A DNA stretch of 64,000 nt. Origin: an uncultured virus (IMG/VR IMGVR_UViG_3300027804_000061) (lineage: Duplodnaviria; Heunggongvirae; Uroviricota; Caudoviricetes). Positions 26,574-36,631 of the stretch are shown one piece after another. The stretch's first letter is position 1. Every line of letters starts with the position of its first letter. The position numbers and the translations under genes were made by a program. Where the stretch lies: IMG/VR virus record IMGVR_UViG_3300027804_000061. The stretch is one strand, 5' to 3'. The notes beneath the pieces were generated by a model that did no database searches, had not been told where the DNA came from, and worked only from the letters and a program-made list of their open reading frames with translations.

Positions 26574-26936
26574 GATTCCTCCTTTTGACCAAGTGCCCAA
26601 AGACGGACACCCCGCGCGTGCCGAGGCCACCAGCTTCTCTGCATCCTCATCCATTACCAACCTGCCGCAGCGTTGTGCGCGCAGGCGATGAGACTGATGC
26701 GTCCACCGGTGTCCCCAGGCACTCATCGAGCGCTTGGTCGCTAGGCCCCTTCAATGGGCATTAAAAATAAAAAAATAAAAAGCCACGGGTAGGGGGAGGA
26801 GGAAGTCCCGCCTATACGTGGCTTGTTTGCAATGCGCTAAAAGTGACCCATAGGATCACTTTCGGCCCGTTTTGGCCAATAGCATTACCCTCAAAAATAT
26901 TCTGAGTTTGTCCTACATGCTTATAATCCCCAAAGC

Positions 26937-27245
26937 ATGAAAGTTAAAAAGATCTATTTGGATCCTCAGTGGGAAATAGATGAGTTTCCTTCCGGGGTGT
27001 TTGAGGTATACACTCCTGTAAGTGGGGAGGGAAATCACGTCTATCTTATTTCTCCGCGTTTTGCAGGCAAATCCGTGTGGGAAAAAAGGCACACTATGCT
27101 TCGGTTTTACATTGGCAAAAGAGGGTTTGTGCTGGTGTGGAGAAAAGAAAAGGGAAAAGCCGCGTTTACAGCAAAAGACGGCATTGTTTCCGTTGCGTTC
27201 TGGCGGTTTGTGTTTAATACATTTGTGCCTACGGAGAAAAAATGA
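26937..27245 (+). CDS. hypothetical protein
   Basis: First plus-arm ORF; TATAAT upstream; ATGA-coupled to the next gene. Confidence 0.55.
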   Translation: MKVKKIYLDPQWEIDEFPSGVFEVYTPVSGEGNHVYLISPRFAGKSVWEKRHTMLRFYIGKRGFVLVWRKEKGKAAFTAKDGIVSVAFWRFVFNTFVPTEKK

Positions 27246-27583
27246 ACTCGCAGACATATATAGAGGAAACCAGAAGAACGCGTCCGGACAAAAAGGACAG
27301 ACACGACCTGCACTTTATGCAAAGCGTCATGGGAATTGCGTCTGAAGCCGGAGAGATTGTGGGGCTGACGGAAAAATCATTGTGTCAGGGGCATGATCTG
27401 GATGCAAACAAGCTCAAAAAGGAGCTGGGAGACCTGATGTGGTACGTGGCAATGCTTATGGATGAGTTTGGATTTACGTTTGAAGAGGTGTTTGACGCCA
27501 ACATTGCCAAACTAAGGACGCGATATCCGGAAAAATTCAGCACGGAAGACAGCATTCGGAGGAAAGACGCAGATTATGGCTAA
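27242..27583 (+). CDS. MazG-like NTP pyrophosphohydrolase
   Basis: GIASEAGEI...KELGDLMWY...NIAKLRTRYP. Confidence 0.92.
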   Translation: MNSQTYIEETRRTRPDKKDRHDLHFMQSVMGIASEAGEIVGLTEKSLCQGHDLDANKLKKELGDLMWYVAMLMDEFGFTFEEVFDANIAKLRTRYPEKFSTEDSIRRKDADYG

Positions 27584-29321
27584 AGGAAATTTAGGAAAAG
27601 GGGATTTGGCCATTATTCAGGAGGCGCAGGACCAGCAAAACCCCGGAATTTTTACCTCGTATTACTTCAGACCCGCAGACAATCCGGAATCTGCGGGTTT
27701 TACTGTGTATCCGTCTCACGCGCGGCATGATCCGTATCGGGAATACTGGGAAAACAACGGAAAGCCAAAGGAATTTGCCGCAGAAATCAGCGAAATTACG
27801 TTTGACGTGGAAGTCAGAAAAGATCAGGACACCGGCAGCACGGTATTTTTTGAAAAACGAGGCTACGTGCCGCTGGGATGGCATCTGGAGTTTTTTCGTG
27901 CAAAACAGCTGGAGCGATACGTCATTGGTCTGGCCGGATCCGGCAAAACCATGGGCATTGGTGCACTGGCCATGTACATGTGCGCAACTATTCCCAATTT
28001 CAAATTTGTCAACGTAGCTCCTACGCAGTTTCAATCGCGGCAGATGTTGAATTCCATCCGCGACGTAGTGGGAAACACGCTGTTTGCACAAAAATTTGTA
28101 GCGTGGCACGGCAAAAAATGGTTTGTGGAAGCGCCGTATATTCGTATTGACTTCAACAACGGCAGTTCTGCGGAGTTCATGAACGTGGACAAGAACGCAG
28201 AAAACATTCAGTCCAGCTACGGAGACTGGTACAACATTGACGAAGCGGGACTGCTAAATGAGCTGGATGAATTTGGGCGGGAAAGCCTGGCCGGCATTTT
28301 GATTGGTGTGGCGTCGCGCATGAGAGCCACTGCACCGGGCGGCCGCCCTCGAATGGGTCTGCTGAGCTTAATCAGCATGGCGTATGACTGCGACACGCTG
28401 TGGGACCGGTATGAAGCCGCTCTTATTGTCAACAAAACCAGCTGGGGTCGTCTGGTGACGCACAAGGACAACCCGTATTTGAGCAAAGCCGACATTGCGC
28501 GCATTGAGCGCAACGCCAGAGACGCAGGTGTGGAAGATCAGTGGATGAAAGGCCTGCGTCCGCAGCCGATGGGTTCCGAAATCAACGAAAAAATTATCAA
28601 GCCAATTTTCAGAGCGGACAAAAACGAAATTGCCAAAGCGGCGTTTGAAAACAACGAAGAGGGATGGGAATATCACGCCGGATCCATGGGCGTATACATG
28701 TATGAAGAGCCGCGCAAAAAAGATCACGTATATCTGATGGCGGGAGATCCCGGACAGGGCAATGCGCCGGATCGCAACGCGCCGACCATTTTGGTGTGGG
28801 ACGTGACTGAATTCCCGGAGCAGCCGGCGCATCTGGCAGCGTTCTGGTGGGGATTTGGCAACGGGCGGTATCAGCCGTTTATTCAAAAGTTTGAAACGCT
28901 GATTCACAAATATCGCGTGGATGAAATGTATCGCGGATATGACTCGACGGCCAGCCAGAAAGCCATTGCGGAGCTGAGTTTTGAAGCGGGCGGGCTTCCC
29001 GTGCTGCCGCTGGGATTTGACGGCATGAAAAAGTGGCAGTATTTGAACGCATTAAAGATTTTGCTGGGCAAAGAGCTGCTGAAAGCACCGGAGATTGATG
29101 GACTACGAAAACAACTATCTCGATATCGCATCCCCGACACCAAAATCAGTCAGGACCTGGTTTCTTCAATGGCCATGTGCGCTTTTCTCATGTATCCGCT
29201 CTATCGCATGGCATATCCGGAAGTGGATGAAGGACAGGATATTCGCACTTGGGGCCTGGCTGATATACCTGGCCGGGATGATCGAAGACACTACAGTCGA
29301 GGGGGTAGAGGAGCGCGATAA
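27576..29321 (+). CDS. terL: terminase large subunit
   Basis: Walker A GLAGSGKT, VAPT..Q, Walker B NIDEAG, DNPYL, nuclease motifs AGDPG and QDLV.S. Confidence 0.9.
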   Translation: MAKGNLGKGDLAIIQEAQDQQNPGIFTSYYFRPADNPESAGFTVYPSHARHDPYREYWENNGKPKEFAAEISEITFDVEVRKDQDTGSTVFFEKRGYVPLGWHLEFFRAKQLERYVIGLAGSGKTMGIGALAMYMCATIPNFKFVNVAPTQFQSRQMLNSIRDVVGNTLFAQKFVAWHGKKWFVEAPYIRIDFNNGSSAEFMNVDKNAENIQSSYGDWYNIDEAGLLNELDEFGRESLAGILIGVASRMRATAPGGRPRMGLLSLISMAYDCDTLWDRYEAALIVNKTSWGRLVTHKDNPYLSKADIARIERNARDAGVEDQWMKGLRPQPMGSEINEKIIKPIFRADKNEIAKAAFENNEEGWEYHAGSMGVYMYEEPRKKDHVYLMAGDPGQGNAPDRNAPTILVWDVTEFPEQPAHLAAFWWGFGNGRYQPFIQKFETLIHKYRVDEMYRGYDSTASQKAIAELSFEAGGLPVLPLGFDGMKKWQYLNALKILLGKELLKAPEIDGLRKQLSRYRIPDTKISQDLVSSMAMCAFLMYPLYRMAYPEVDEGQDIRTWGLADIPGRDDRRHYSRGGRGAR

Positions 29322-29357
29322 GCGCCGCGTCTACGACCGCGACAGGAGCAGAGCAAG

Positions 29358-30932
29358 ATGATATCTACAACAATACTTAATAACCTTGCCGACATGACTG
29401 TTGGCGCAACGCCGCCTCCGTTGTCGGTCAAACCGGGCCCGCCGTTGACGGCGTGGTTTAACCAGGCGCAGAACTATCGCAAATGGTGGCGCTGGTACAG
29501 CGGCGAAGAGCTGTATCGCGTGGACGGCAACGCGCGCACCACCACGGGAGAACCGGCGTACGTGTTTCCGCTGCGAATCAATCCGTTTAAATGGATTGCG
29601 TCCAAGCATGTGTCTGCGCTGTTTGGAGACGTGCCGGATCAGGCGGACTGTCTGGTAAAAAACAGTTTTTTAAATCAGGACGGCATCAAAGACGACGCAT
29701 GTGAACATGCAACAAGAGTCATCAACACAATCTGGGAAGAAAGCAATGGACGAGAAATTCAACTGGAAGCGGCAACGGTATCCCAGTTTCTGGGCGGCTG
29801 TTATTTCTTTCCTCGCTACGAACCCACCAATTCCAGACTTTCGTACGGGCTGCGGTTTCAAATGGTTCTTCCTGATTTTGTGGTGCCTATTTTTAGTCCT
29901 GCTGATTACTGGAGTCTGGAAGAAGTATGGATGATGTATTTCATTACCGTAGATGAAGCCAAAAGCAAATACGGTGTGGATGTGCAGGGCGTAGGCGGCA
30001 AGGTTATTTACGCCGAACACTGGACCAAAGACACGTACGAAATTCAAATTGGCGGGCAGGTGCCGACCATGAAAGTCGGCGACGTGGAAATGGTGATGAA
30101 GCAGCCCAATCCGTTTGGGTTTGTGCCGGTGGTGTATATCCCGCATCCGCCGCGCGTGGGCACGTATTACGGGCAGGGGCATGTGGATGACATCTCCGGT
30201 CTGGTGGAAGAGCTGAACCGGCGCGTGTCGGACATTGGCGATTTTATTGACGAGGTCAGTCACCGGCTGCTGGTGATGCGCAACGTCAATGCAAAAGTCA
30301 GTGAGCAGAAAATTACCGGAAGATATTCCTCCATCAACATCGGATCCGGATCGGCCATTGCCGCTGGAAAAGGAGAGCCGGAGGTGTATCAGTTGAGCAT
30401 GGATGCCGCAGGCACGGCACAGCATGATTTTATTCAGCTGCTGCTGGACATGATTGACCGCAGCTCCAACCTGTCAGGTGTGGCGCACGGCATGGACGAA
30501 GGCAGCCAGAGAAGCGGCGTGACGCTGGCAACGCGCATGTGGCCGCTGGCGGCGCACGCCAAGGACGAGCGCACTATGTGGACGACGGGTTTGCGGGAAT
30601 TGCACAAAATGGCGCTGCGCATGCTGATGCACATTCAAACCGTCAGCGGTTTTGACGCCAAAATCACGCAGGAGCATATAAATCTGAAACCGCAGATCGG
30701 GTGGAACTCCATGCTGCCGCTGGATCGAGATGCGCTGGTCAATGAAATGGTGCAGCGCTTCAGCATGAATCTGGTGTCTCGCGAGCAGGCCATTCGGGAA
30801 ATGCACGACGGATCGGACATTTCTGAAGAAATTGCGCGCATTGCCGCAGACATGGAAATGGACAAGCAGAGTGAAATTGATTTAACCAAAGCCGCTCATC
30901 CTCCATCTTCTCCGGCGCAGACCTCAAAATAA
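29358..30932 (+). CDS. portal protein
   Basis: 524 aa directly after TerL; NPFGFVPVVYIP and SG..L motifs of SPP1 gp6-like portals. Confidence 0.85.
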   Translation: MISTTILNNLADMTVGATPPPLSVKPGPPLTAWFNQAQNYRKWWRWYSGEELYRVDGNARTTTGEPAYVFPLRINPFKWIASKHVSALFGDVPDQADCLVKNSFLNQDGIKDDACEHATRVINTIWEESNGREIQLEAATVSQFLGGCYFFPRYEPTNSRLSYGLRFQMVLPDFVVPIFSPADYWSLEEVWMMYFITVDEAKSKYGVDVQGVGGKVIYAEHWTKDTYEIQIGGQVPTMKVGDVEMVMKQPNPFGFVPVVYIPHPPRVGTYYGQGHVDDISGLVEELNRRVSDIGDFIDEVSHRLLVMRNVNAKVSEQKITGRYSSINIGSGSAIAAGKGEPEVYQLSMDAAGTAQHDFIQLLLDMIDRSSNLSGVAHGMDEGSQRSGVTLATRMWPLAAHAKDERTMWTTGLRELHKMALRMLMHIQTVSGFDAKITQEHINLKPQIGWNSMLPLDRDALVNEMVQRFSMNLVSREQAIREMHDGSDISEEIARIAADMEMDKQSEIDLTKAAHPPSSPAQTSK

Positions 30933-30936
30933 AAAA

Positions 30937-30966
30937 CTTGTGATAACTTGCGATAATTTGTGATAT
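30937..30966 (+). repeat. three 10-bp tandem direct repeats
   Basis: CTTGTGATAA CTTGCGATAA TTTGTGATAT in the portal-scaffold intergenic region. Confidence 0.7.
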
Positions 30967-31014
30967 ATTCTCAACGCCAGCGGCACGAATACTCCTGCTG
31001 CTCGCAAAAGCATC

Positions 31015-31662
31015 ATGGAAAATGAAATTAACAGCCAGGCAGGGCAGCCGGAAACGGATCCCGCCTCGCAGAATGAATCGATTGAACAACTTCGAGCGCG
31101 AAACGGCGGACTAAACCGCGCATACCAGAAGCTGCAGCAGGATTCCCAGCAAAAACTGTCATCGCTGGAAAGTCTGGTTGCGGATCTGACAGGCAAGGTC
31201 AAAACGTACGAATCGTCTCTCAATGACTATACAAAGCAGGTGGAAACGTATAGGTCAAAAGAAGCAGAATATCTGGAACGCGTATCCGGACTGGAACAGC
31301 AATCCGCCAGTATGCAGTCCATTTTGGAACGCCAGAAGATTTTTATGCTTCCTCCGGAACAGGGCGGGTTCAGTGATCTGTCGGCGCTGGAAGCCAAGGG
31401 TTTGCTGCGAACCGACCTCAAAGCTGGTGACGAATTGACGCAGTATCTGCACACGTACCGGGAAACCATCGGCGCCAATCGACGGGATGCGGTACAGCAG
31501 ACGCTAAAAGGCGCAACTCCTCCGGTTAACGGCACAAACAAAGCGGACACCATTCCTGATAAGGAAATGTTGTATGGACAAATGGTCAAATCGCTGCAGG
31601 CCGGCAACCAGGAAGAGTTTCAAAAATTGAACGCACTTTGGATTGAAAGTCACAACAAGTGA
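31015..31662 (+). CDS. capsid scaffolding protein
   Basis: Coiled-coil protein between the portal and capsid genes. Confidence 0.7.
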   Translation: MENEINSQAGQPETDPASQNESIEQLRARNGGLNRAYQKLQQDSQQKLSSLESLVADLTGKVKTYESSLNDYTKQVETYRSKEAEYLERVSGLEQQSASMQSILERQKIFMLPPEQGGFSDLSALEAKGLLRTDLKAGDELTQYLHTYRETIGANRRDAVQQTLKGATPPVNGTNKADTIPDKEMLYGQMVKSLQAGNQEEFQKLNALWIESHNK

Positions 31663-31687
31663 TTTTGTCCTACATTGAGGTTAAAAC

Positions 31688-33079
31688 ATGGCTGATTACT
31701 CTACCAATTACACGACCGATCCGTGGTCGGGCATTAGCTCGAACCAGCGCACGGTCTACGATCCTTCGCTGATGGAAGTGTATCGCCGCAGCACGACGTA
31801 CACCGATCTGGTGCCGTATGCCACGCAGCCGATGCTGCCGAGCAACGCGCCGCTTATGGTTCTCAATTCGGTGTTTGATTATGAAATCAACCCGAATGCC
31901 ACGACAGAGAACCGCTATTTTGAACCGGCTCCGTCGTATCTGGACGGTCGTCAGGTCGAGGTGCGCTTTGAGCGCTACACCTGGGCCACGGCGCTGAACA
32001 AGTACGATGAAATGGTCAACTATTGGAACCAGCCGGGCGGCATTGTCAACATTGCCCGCTCGCGCATGGGCCTGACCATTACGCAGACGACGGATCGCCT
32101 GATTCGCGATGCGTTCCTGCAGACCAACCGCATTACGCTGGCCTCAAACTCGGCCACGGGCGCGGGTCAGCTGACCAGCACGGACACGTTTACGCTGGAC
32201 ATGATTGACGACGCCATTCTGCGCGCGCAGAACGAGAACGTGTGGAACAGCCCGGCTCCGGGTCTGGCCGCCGGCACGCTGCTGTGCATTGGCACCCCGG
32301 GTCAGCATTACAACATCATCACGGGCGCGACCAACAGCAAGTGGATTGAACTGCAGAAGTATGCATCGCTGAAGCCGTTCAACCAGTATGAAATGGGCTC
32401 GTATCACAGCTCGCGCCATGTGTTCTCGTCGATCAACACGCTGATGAACTGCGGCGCGATTGCGGCGCAGTCCGGCATTACGGTTGCGGCAGGCCCGCTG
32501 GACGGCGCTCCGGATCCGGCAACAACCAAGGTAGACAACACCTACCGCGTTGGCCAGGGCGATGCGGTGCATTCGGTGACTGTGCAGGACGCTTCTGGCT
32601 TCAACGTGGGTGACATTGTGACCATTCACAAGGTCAAGAACCAGGCCGCCGACGTGACTGCGCAGCCCAAGCTGCGCGTGCTGAACGGCGTGTCGTATAA
32701 CGACGGCACGGCTGTGGATCGCCGCATTGTGGCCAAGAGCGGCAACACAATCAGCTTTGATCGCCCGCTGCTGAAGGATTTCACAACAAAAATCAACGCC
32801 AACGGCACGGGTGCGGCTGATTCGGGTTCGAGCGTGTACGGTTTTGTCACCAAGGCGCTTTCGCTGCACATCAACCTGATGCTGGCTGACAGCATGGGCG
32901 TCATTTGTGGCGTCATGGTTCCGCCCCGCATTTACGCTCCGCGCCCGATCGACTTGTATGAGTCGGTCTACCGCATGGGCTGGGATGCCTACTGGAAGTT
33001 TCAGCTGTTTAAGCCGGAGGCCTTTGAGGTCTTTGTCACGGCTGGCCCGACCAGAATCGCTGGCAACAAGTTCAACTAG
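31688..33079 (+). CDS. major capsid protein
   Basis: 463 aa; strongly biased codon usage; position after scaffold; followed by a terminator; EMGSY and MGWDAYW segments typical of HK97-fold capsids. Confidence 0.8.
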   Translation: MADYSTNYTTDPWSGISSNQRTVYDPSLMEVYRRSTTYTDLVPYATQPMLPSNAPLMVLNSVFDYEINPNATTENRYFEPAPSYLDGRQVEVRFERYTWATALNKYDEMVNYWNQPGGIVNIARSRMGLTITQTTDRLIRDAFLQTNRITLASNSATGAGQLTSTDTFTLDMIDDAILRAQNENVWNSPAPGLAAGTLLCIGTPGQHYNIITGATNSKWIELQKYASLKPFNQYEMGSYHSSRHVFSSINTLMNCGAIAAQSGITVAAGPLDGAPDPATTKVDNTYRVGQGDAVHSVTVQDASGFNVGDIVTIHKVKNQAADVTAQPKLRVLNGVSYNDGTAVDRRIVAKSGNTISFDRPLLKDFTTKINANGTGAADSGSSVYGFVTKALSLHINLMLADSMGVICGVMVPPRIYAPRPIDLYESVYRMGWDAYWKFQLFKPEAFEVFVTAGPTRIAGNKFN

Positions 33080-33092
33080 ACTTGAACGGAGG

Positions 33093-33120
33093 AAGGGGGA
33101 GCTGAAAGGCTCCCCTTTTT
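33093..33120 (+). terminator. terminator after the major capsid gene
   Basis: GGGGAGC-TGAAAG-GCTCCCC-TTTTT. Confidence 0.85.
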
Positions 33121-33126
33121 GTTTAT

Positions 33127-33771
33127 ATGGCAACAACCTGGACACAGATTAATACCGAAATTGGCGTGCTGCTGGAAGATCCCAGCATGACGTCGTACAA
33201 CGAAGAGCTGCGCAAAAATTGTTTAAACCGCGCTATGGAATATTTTGCCGTGACGCACACGGCGCTGCTGAAAGCAGAAACAGCAACGGCAAATACGTCC
33301 GGCGTCATTGCGTACCCGCAGGATTTTATTGACGCTCCGGACGGATGCGTGGAAGTCAGCTGGAAAGACAAAAGCAGGTGGCTTCAGGAAGAAGAAATTC
33401 TTCAGGGCAGCGCCGTTCCCAAAGAGGGATACGTTGCCATGCACAACGGATTGTTTTTGTTTACAAAAGAATACGACAGTTTGAAGCTTTGGTATTTTGC
33501 AAAATATCCAAACGTAACAACGGGATCCAGCCAGGTGCTGCTGCCGGCGTGGTCACAGTGGGCAGTTATCAATCTGGCGTGCAGCTACATGCTGTATCCG
33601 GGCATGATGAATCAGCAGATGCTGCGCCAGTTTCAAAACCGACGTGACGCCGGTTCTCCGGAAGACAACCCGCCGCGTGCGCAGGCAAAATTCTTAATGA
33701 CTATTTACATGGATACCGTAACCAAAGTGAAATCACAGGATCGCGGTTTGATTTACAGGAGGCCAAAATAA
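33127..33771 (+). CDS. head-tail adaptor (putative)
   Basis: Position after the capsid gene; LN.A pattern near the N-terminus; LWYFA motif. Confidence 0.6.
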   Translation: MATTWTQINTEIGVLLEDPSMTSYNEELRKNCLNRAMEYFAVTHTALLKAETATANTSGVIAYPQDFIDAPDGCVEVSWKDKSRWLQEEEILQGSAVPKEGYVAMHNGLFLFTKEYDSLKLWYFAKYPNVTTGSSQVLLPAWSQWAVINLACSYMLYPGMMNQQMLRQFQNRRDAGSPEDNPPRAQAKFLMTIYMDTVTKVKSQDRGLIYRRPK

Positions 33772-34319
33772 TGGCGGCCATTATTGATTTGATTACCAGC
33801 AAAGTTGTAGAAGACCTGAATCGCACCATGATTACGGAAGAAGCAGACGAAAATCTGCATCCGGGATTGATTCGCGGAGGTTTGCTTCAAGAAAATCCGG
33901 TGCCGTACAGAATTGTTGCGCTGGTGCACCACAACGATCCGGAAGACGTGGGAACCAATCCGTACTGGTCTGACATTGCTGCGCACAACGACGAAGTGTC
34001 CGGATGGCAGATGCCTGTAGCGGAAATTGGCGGAGGGTATTTTGTTTCTCGCCGATTTTCCATTGACATCAAAATTTATTTTGTGCAGTCAAGAGAAAAT
34101 AGAGCACAGGCGCGAGAGGCAGCAACCAAGGTTATTGAAAATGCAGAGCTGGCTATTTCCGGATCAGACTGCACCGCGTGGAACATTACAGCGTCTTCCG
34201 GAGAAATTCCGCTTCAGGCGCGAATTTTTAAAACAGTAAGCAGCGAAGGCGGCGGCCCGCCGTCCAGTCACATCTGGTCTGCAAAAATCATGTTTAGCGT
34301 TTTGACAGAAAAACCATGA
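33771..34319 (+). CDS. tail completion/terminator protein (putative)
   Basis: Size and position before the tail tube gene. Confidence 0.5.
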   Translation: MAAIIDLITSKVVEDLNRTMITEEADENLHPGLIRGGLLQENPVPYRIVALVHHNDPEDVGTNPYWSDIAAHNDEVSGWQMPVAEIGGGYFVSRRFSIDIKIYFVQSRENRAQAREAATKVIENAELAISGSDCTAWNITASSGEIPLQARIFKTVSSEGGGPPSSHIWSAKIMFSVLTEKP

Positions 34320-35467
34320 AAAAACCACTCAATGTTCTTGGTGTAATGGCCAATGTTGAAAAAGCGCATGGGTGTGAAGCGTATCGCTTGATGTATCCAT
34401 TGCGCGCGCTTGAAAATATTGGTTGCGGCGTGGCGGTAATCAAGGGAGAAAACATCGTAAAGCTGTTTAATGAAAATGCAAATCCGCTGGCGGGTGTGGA
34501 TGTGATGCTGTTTCAAAGAATTATGACGGCAAACGAAGAAGATGCGCACAATTTAAATTTGTCCACCATTGCTCTTCGCGCTTCCGGAATTGCCGTTGTT
34601 GTGGATTACGACGACGATTACACCAATCAGCATCGAAAGGTGGGAGACGGAATGATTCCCAGTTTGAAATCGTATTCTGCGGTATCAGTGTCTACTCCCG
34701 AGCTTGCTTATTTGATGAAGCCGTTTGCTTCAAAAACAGTTGTTCAGCCAAACGGAATTGTTCCTCAATTGTTTGATACAAAAAACTTTAAAAGAATGAT
34801 TCCGGGGCTGTCCATTGGATTGACAGGAAGCGCAAGCCACAAAACAGACTGGGTTCCTGCTGTTCAGGCTGTAAAAAATATTTTGTCCAAAAACCAGGAC
34901 ATAACTGTATTTGTTTCCGGATACATTCCGGAAAATTTAAAAGGAGTGCCTGGCGTTCGCACAATTCGAGAATTTGTTTCCGGCGCGGATCGAGATGATT
35001 TTTTTATTGATTTAAAAAATTACGGAGGCATTCACGCAAACATTGATATTCTGCTGTGCCCGGTAGATCCAGAAGATCCATTCAATCATTACAAAAGCAA
35101 TTTGAAATCTATTGAAGGCATGGCATCTGCGCGCGATATTGCCGGCAAAACGGGAGGAAGCTGCGTCATTGCCACGGGAGGAGCACTTCCCATTTACAAA
35201 AACTCCGTGCTGCACGAAAAAACAGGACTTCTGGTGGACGACCATAAAAATCCTGATGCATGGGAGCGTGAAATTCTAAAAGTTGTAAACAATGTAGAAT
35301 TACGCAATAAGTTGCAGATTGCAGGCTACCAGCACTGCATGAAAAACTTTACCGTGCAAAAGTTTGCGCCGGAACGTTTGGCGACGTATCGGAGGCTGGC
35401 TTTTGAAGCAAAACAAAATTCAAGCAAATTCATGGCGGAACTTGCTTTACTGGAGAAAACAACATGA
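34316..35467 (+). CDS. GT-B glycosyltransferase
   Basis: YRL..PL, VDYDDD, VST..LA, PN, IG..GS.SH..D, DI.L.P....FN..KSNLK.IE, TGLLV. Confidence 0.85.
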   Translation: MKKPLNVLGVMANVEKAHGCEAYRLMYPLRALENIGCGVAVIKGENIVKLFNENANPLAGVDVMLFQRIMTANEEDAHNLNLSTIALRASGIAVVVDYDDDYTNQHRKVGDGMIPSLKSYSAVSVSTPELAYLMKPFASKTVVQPNGIVPQLFDTKNFKRMIPGLSIGLTGSASHKTDWVPAVQAVKNILSKNQDITVFVSGYIPENLKGVPGVRTIREFVSGADRDDFFIDLKNYGGIHANIDILLCPVDPEDPFNHYKSNLKSIEGMASARDIAGKTGGSCVIATGGALPIYKNSVLHEKTGLLVDDHKNPDAWEREILKVVNNVELRNKLQIAGYQHCMKNFTVQKFAPERLATYRRLAFEAKQNSSKFMAELALLEKTT

Positions 35468-36576
35468 GCACTTCAGCACAGAGAGGTCATATTGCGTGGG
35501 CCGTTCAGAATAGAAAAGTGGGCGAGGACACGTTTAATCCGGCAACCGGCACGGCCACTGCTACGGCCAGCGGCCATTTGATTGCAGCGGACTGGCAGAG
35601 ACATCGCGCGGAAAGCGTCAACCTGGGCGTCAACGATTTTTACGACGTGCTGCCGCAGGAAGTGGGCGGCTCGCTGTTTGTGAACTCGTCGTATAAGAAC
35701 GGCGCGTTTGTGGCCGGCGGCGCTCGCATTTACACCAGACTGGAAAATTCGATCGGCTATCTGTTGTACGGCGCAGCGGGTTATGCGTCTTCGACAACCA
35801 GCGCAGGGACAGGTGGAAACACGCACACGTTTGCCGTCAGCACCACCGATGAAACCACCATGCCGTGGCTTGCGCTGCGCAAATATACGCCTGCTTCGGC
35901 CAATTCAACCGGAGCCAGCGAGTATTTTGCGGACTGCAAAGTCAACATGCTGACGCTGAACGTTCCGGCTATGGGTCCGACCATGGCGGAGTTTTCTGTG
36001 ATTGGCCGCAAGCCGACTGTTTCGGATACGGAAGACACCGCCGGAAGCGCGTACGAGTCGGGCACGAGCCTGGCGCATTCGTGCCAGGGTCTAATCCTTC
36101 TTCCGGATTTCAACAGCAGCATCACCAACTGGTCGGGCGGCAAGTTTACGTCGGCCCAGGTCATGATTGCCAACAACATCTCGCAGCCGGATCAGCAGAT
36201 GGTGATTGGTTCGTATCACCCGGACGATCTGGTGCCGCTGAGTCGCTCGGTGCAGCTGAGACTGATTTACAAGTGGGAAGATCCCAAACTGTATAAAAAG
36301 CTTCTGTACAACGGCGGCTCGAGCTGGTCTCCGATTGTGCAGAGAAGCGAAATCAGCATCAAAACCGCGTCGGTAAACAACATTCCTTCGGAAAACACTC
36401 CGTACAGCATGACGTTTACGGCCAAGGATGTGGACTGGACCATGTCTCCTCCGCAGCTGGCTGGCAACAACCTGCTGTTTACGGAATTCACCGGCATTGT
36501 CAAGGGCGGCAACTACAGCGGCGTGCCCACGTGGAAAATTGATCTTGTCAACAACGCCACGTACACCATGAGCTAG
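35464..36576 (+). CDS. major tail (tube) protein
   Basis: 370 aa, Thr/Ser/Gly-rich, biased codon usage; precedes chaperones and tape measure gene; no sheath gene is present. Confidence 0.75.
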   Translation: MSTSAQRGHIAWAVQNRKVGEDTFNPATGTATATASGHLIAADWQRHRAESVNLGVNDFYDVLPQEVGGSLFVNSSYKNGAFVAGGARIYTRLENSIGYLLYGAAGYASSTTSAGTGGNTHTFAVSTTDETTMPWLALRKYTPASANSTGASEYFADCKVNMLTLNVPAMGPTMAEFSVIGRKPTVSDTEDTAGSAYESGTSLAHSCQGLILLPDFNSSITNWSGGKFTSAQVMIANNISQPDQQMVIGSYHPDDLVPLSRSVQLRLIYKWEDPKLYKKLLYNGGSSWSPIVQRSEISIKTASVNNIPSENTPYSMTFTAKDVDWTMSPPQLAGNNLLFTEFTGIVKGGNYSGVPTWKIDLVNNATYTMS

Positions 36577-36631
36577 GTGGCGTTTAGCGCAGAGGGGGAA
36601 GAAATTCTCCCTCTGCAAAACACATTACATT

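Larger units (their letters stand above)
23076..26781 (-). promoter_or_regulatory. dispersed T-rich motif TTTTATTTTT(A)ATG(C) (6 copies)
   Basis: Copies at about 23076-23110, 23611-23640, 24507-24546, 25321-25358, 25869-25898 and 26758-26781; one precedes each minus-strand gene unit, usually fused to the previous terminator. Confidence 0.75.
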
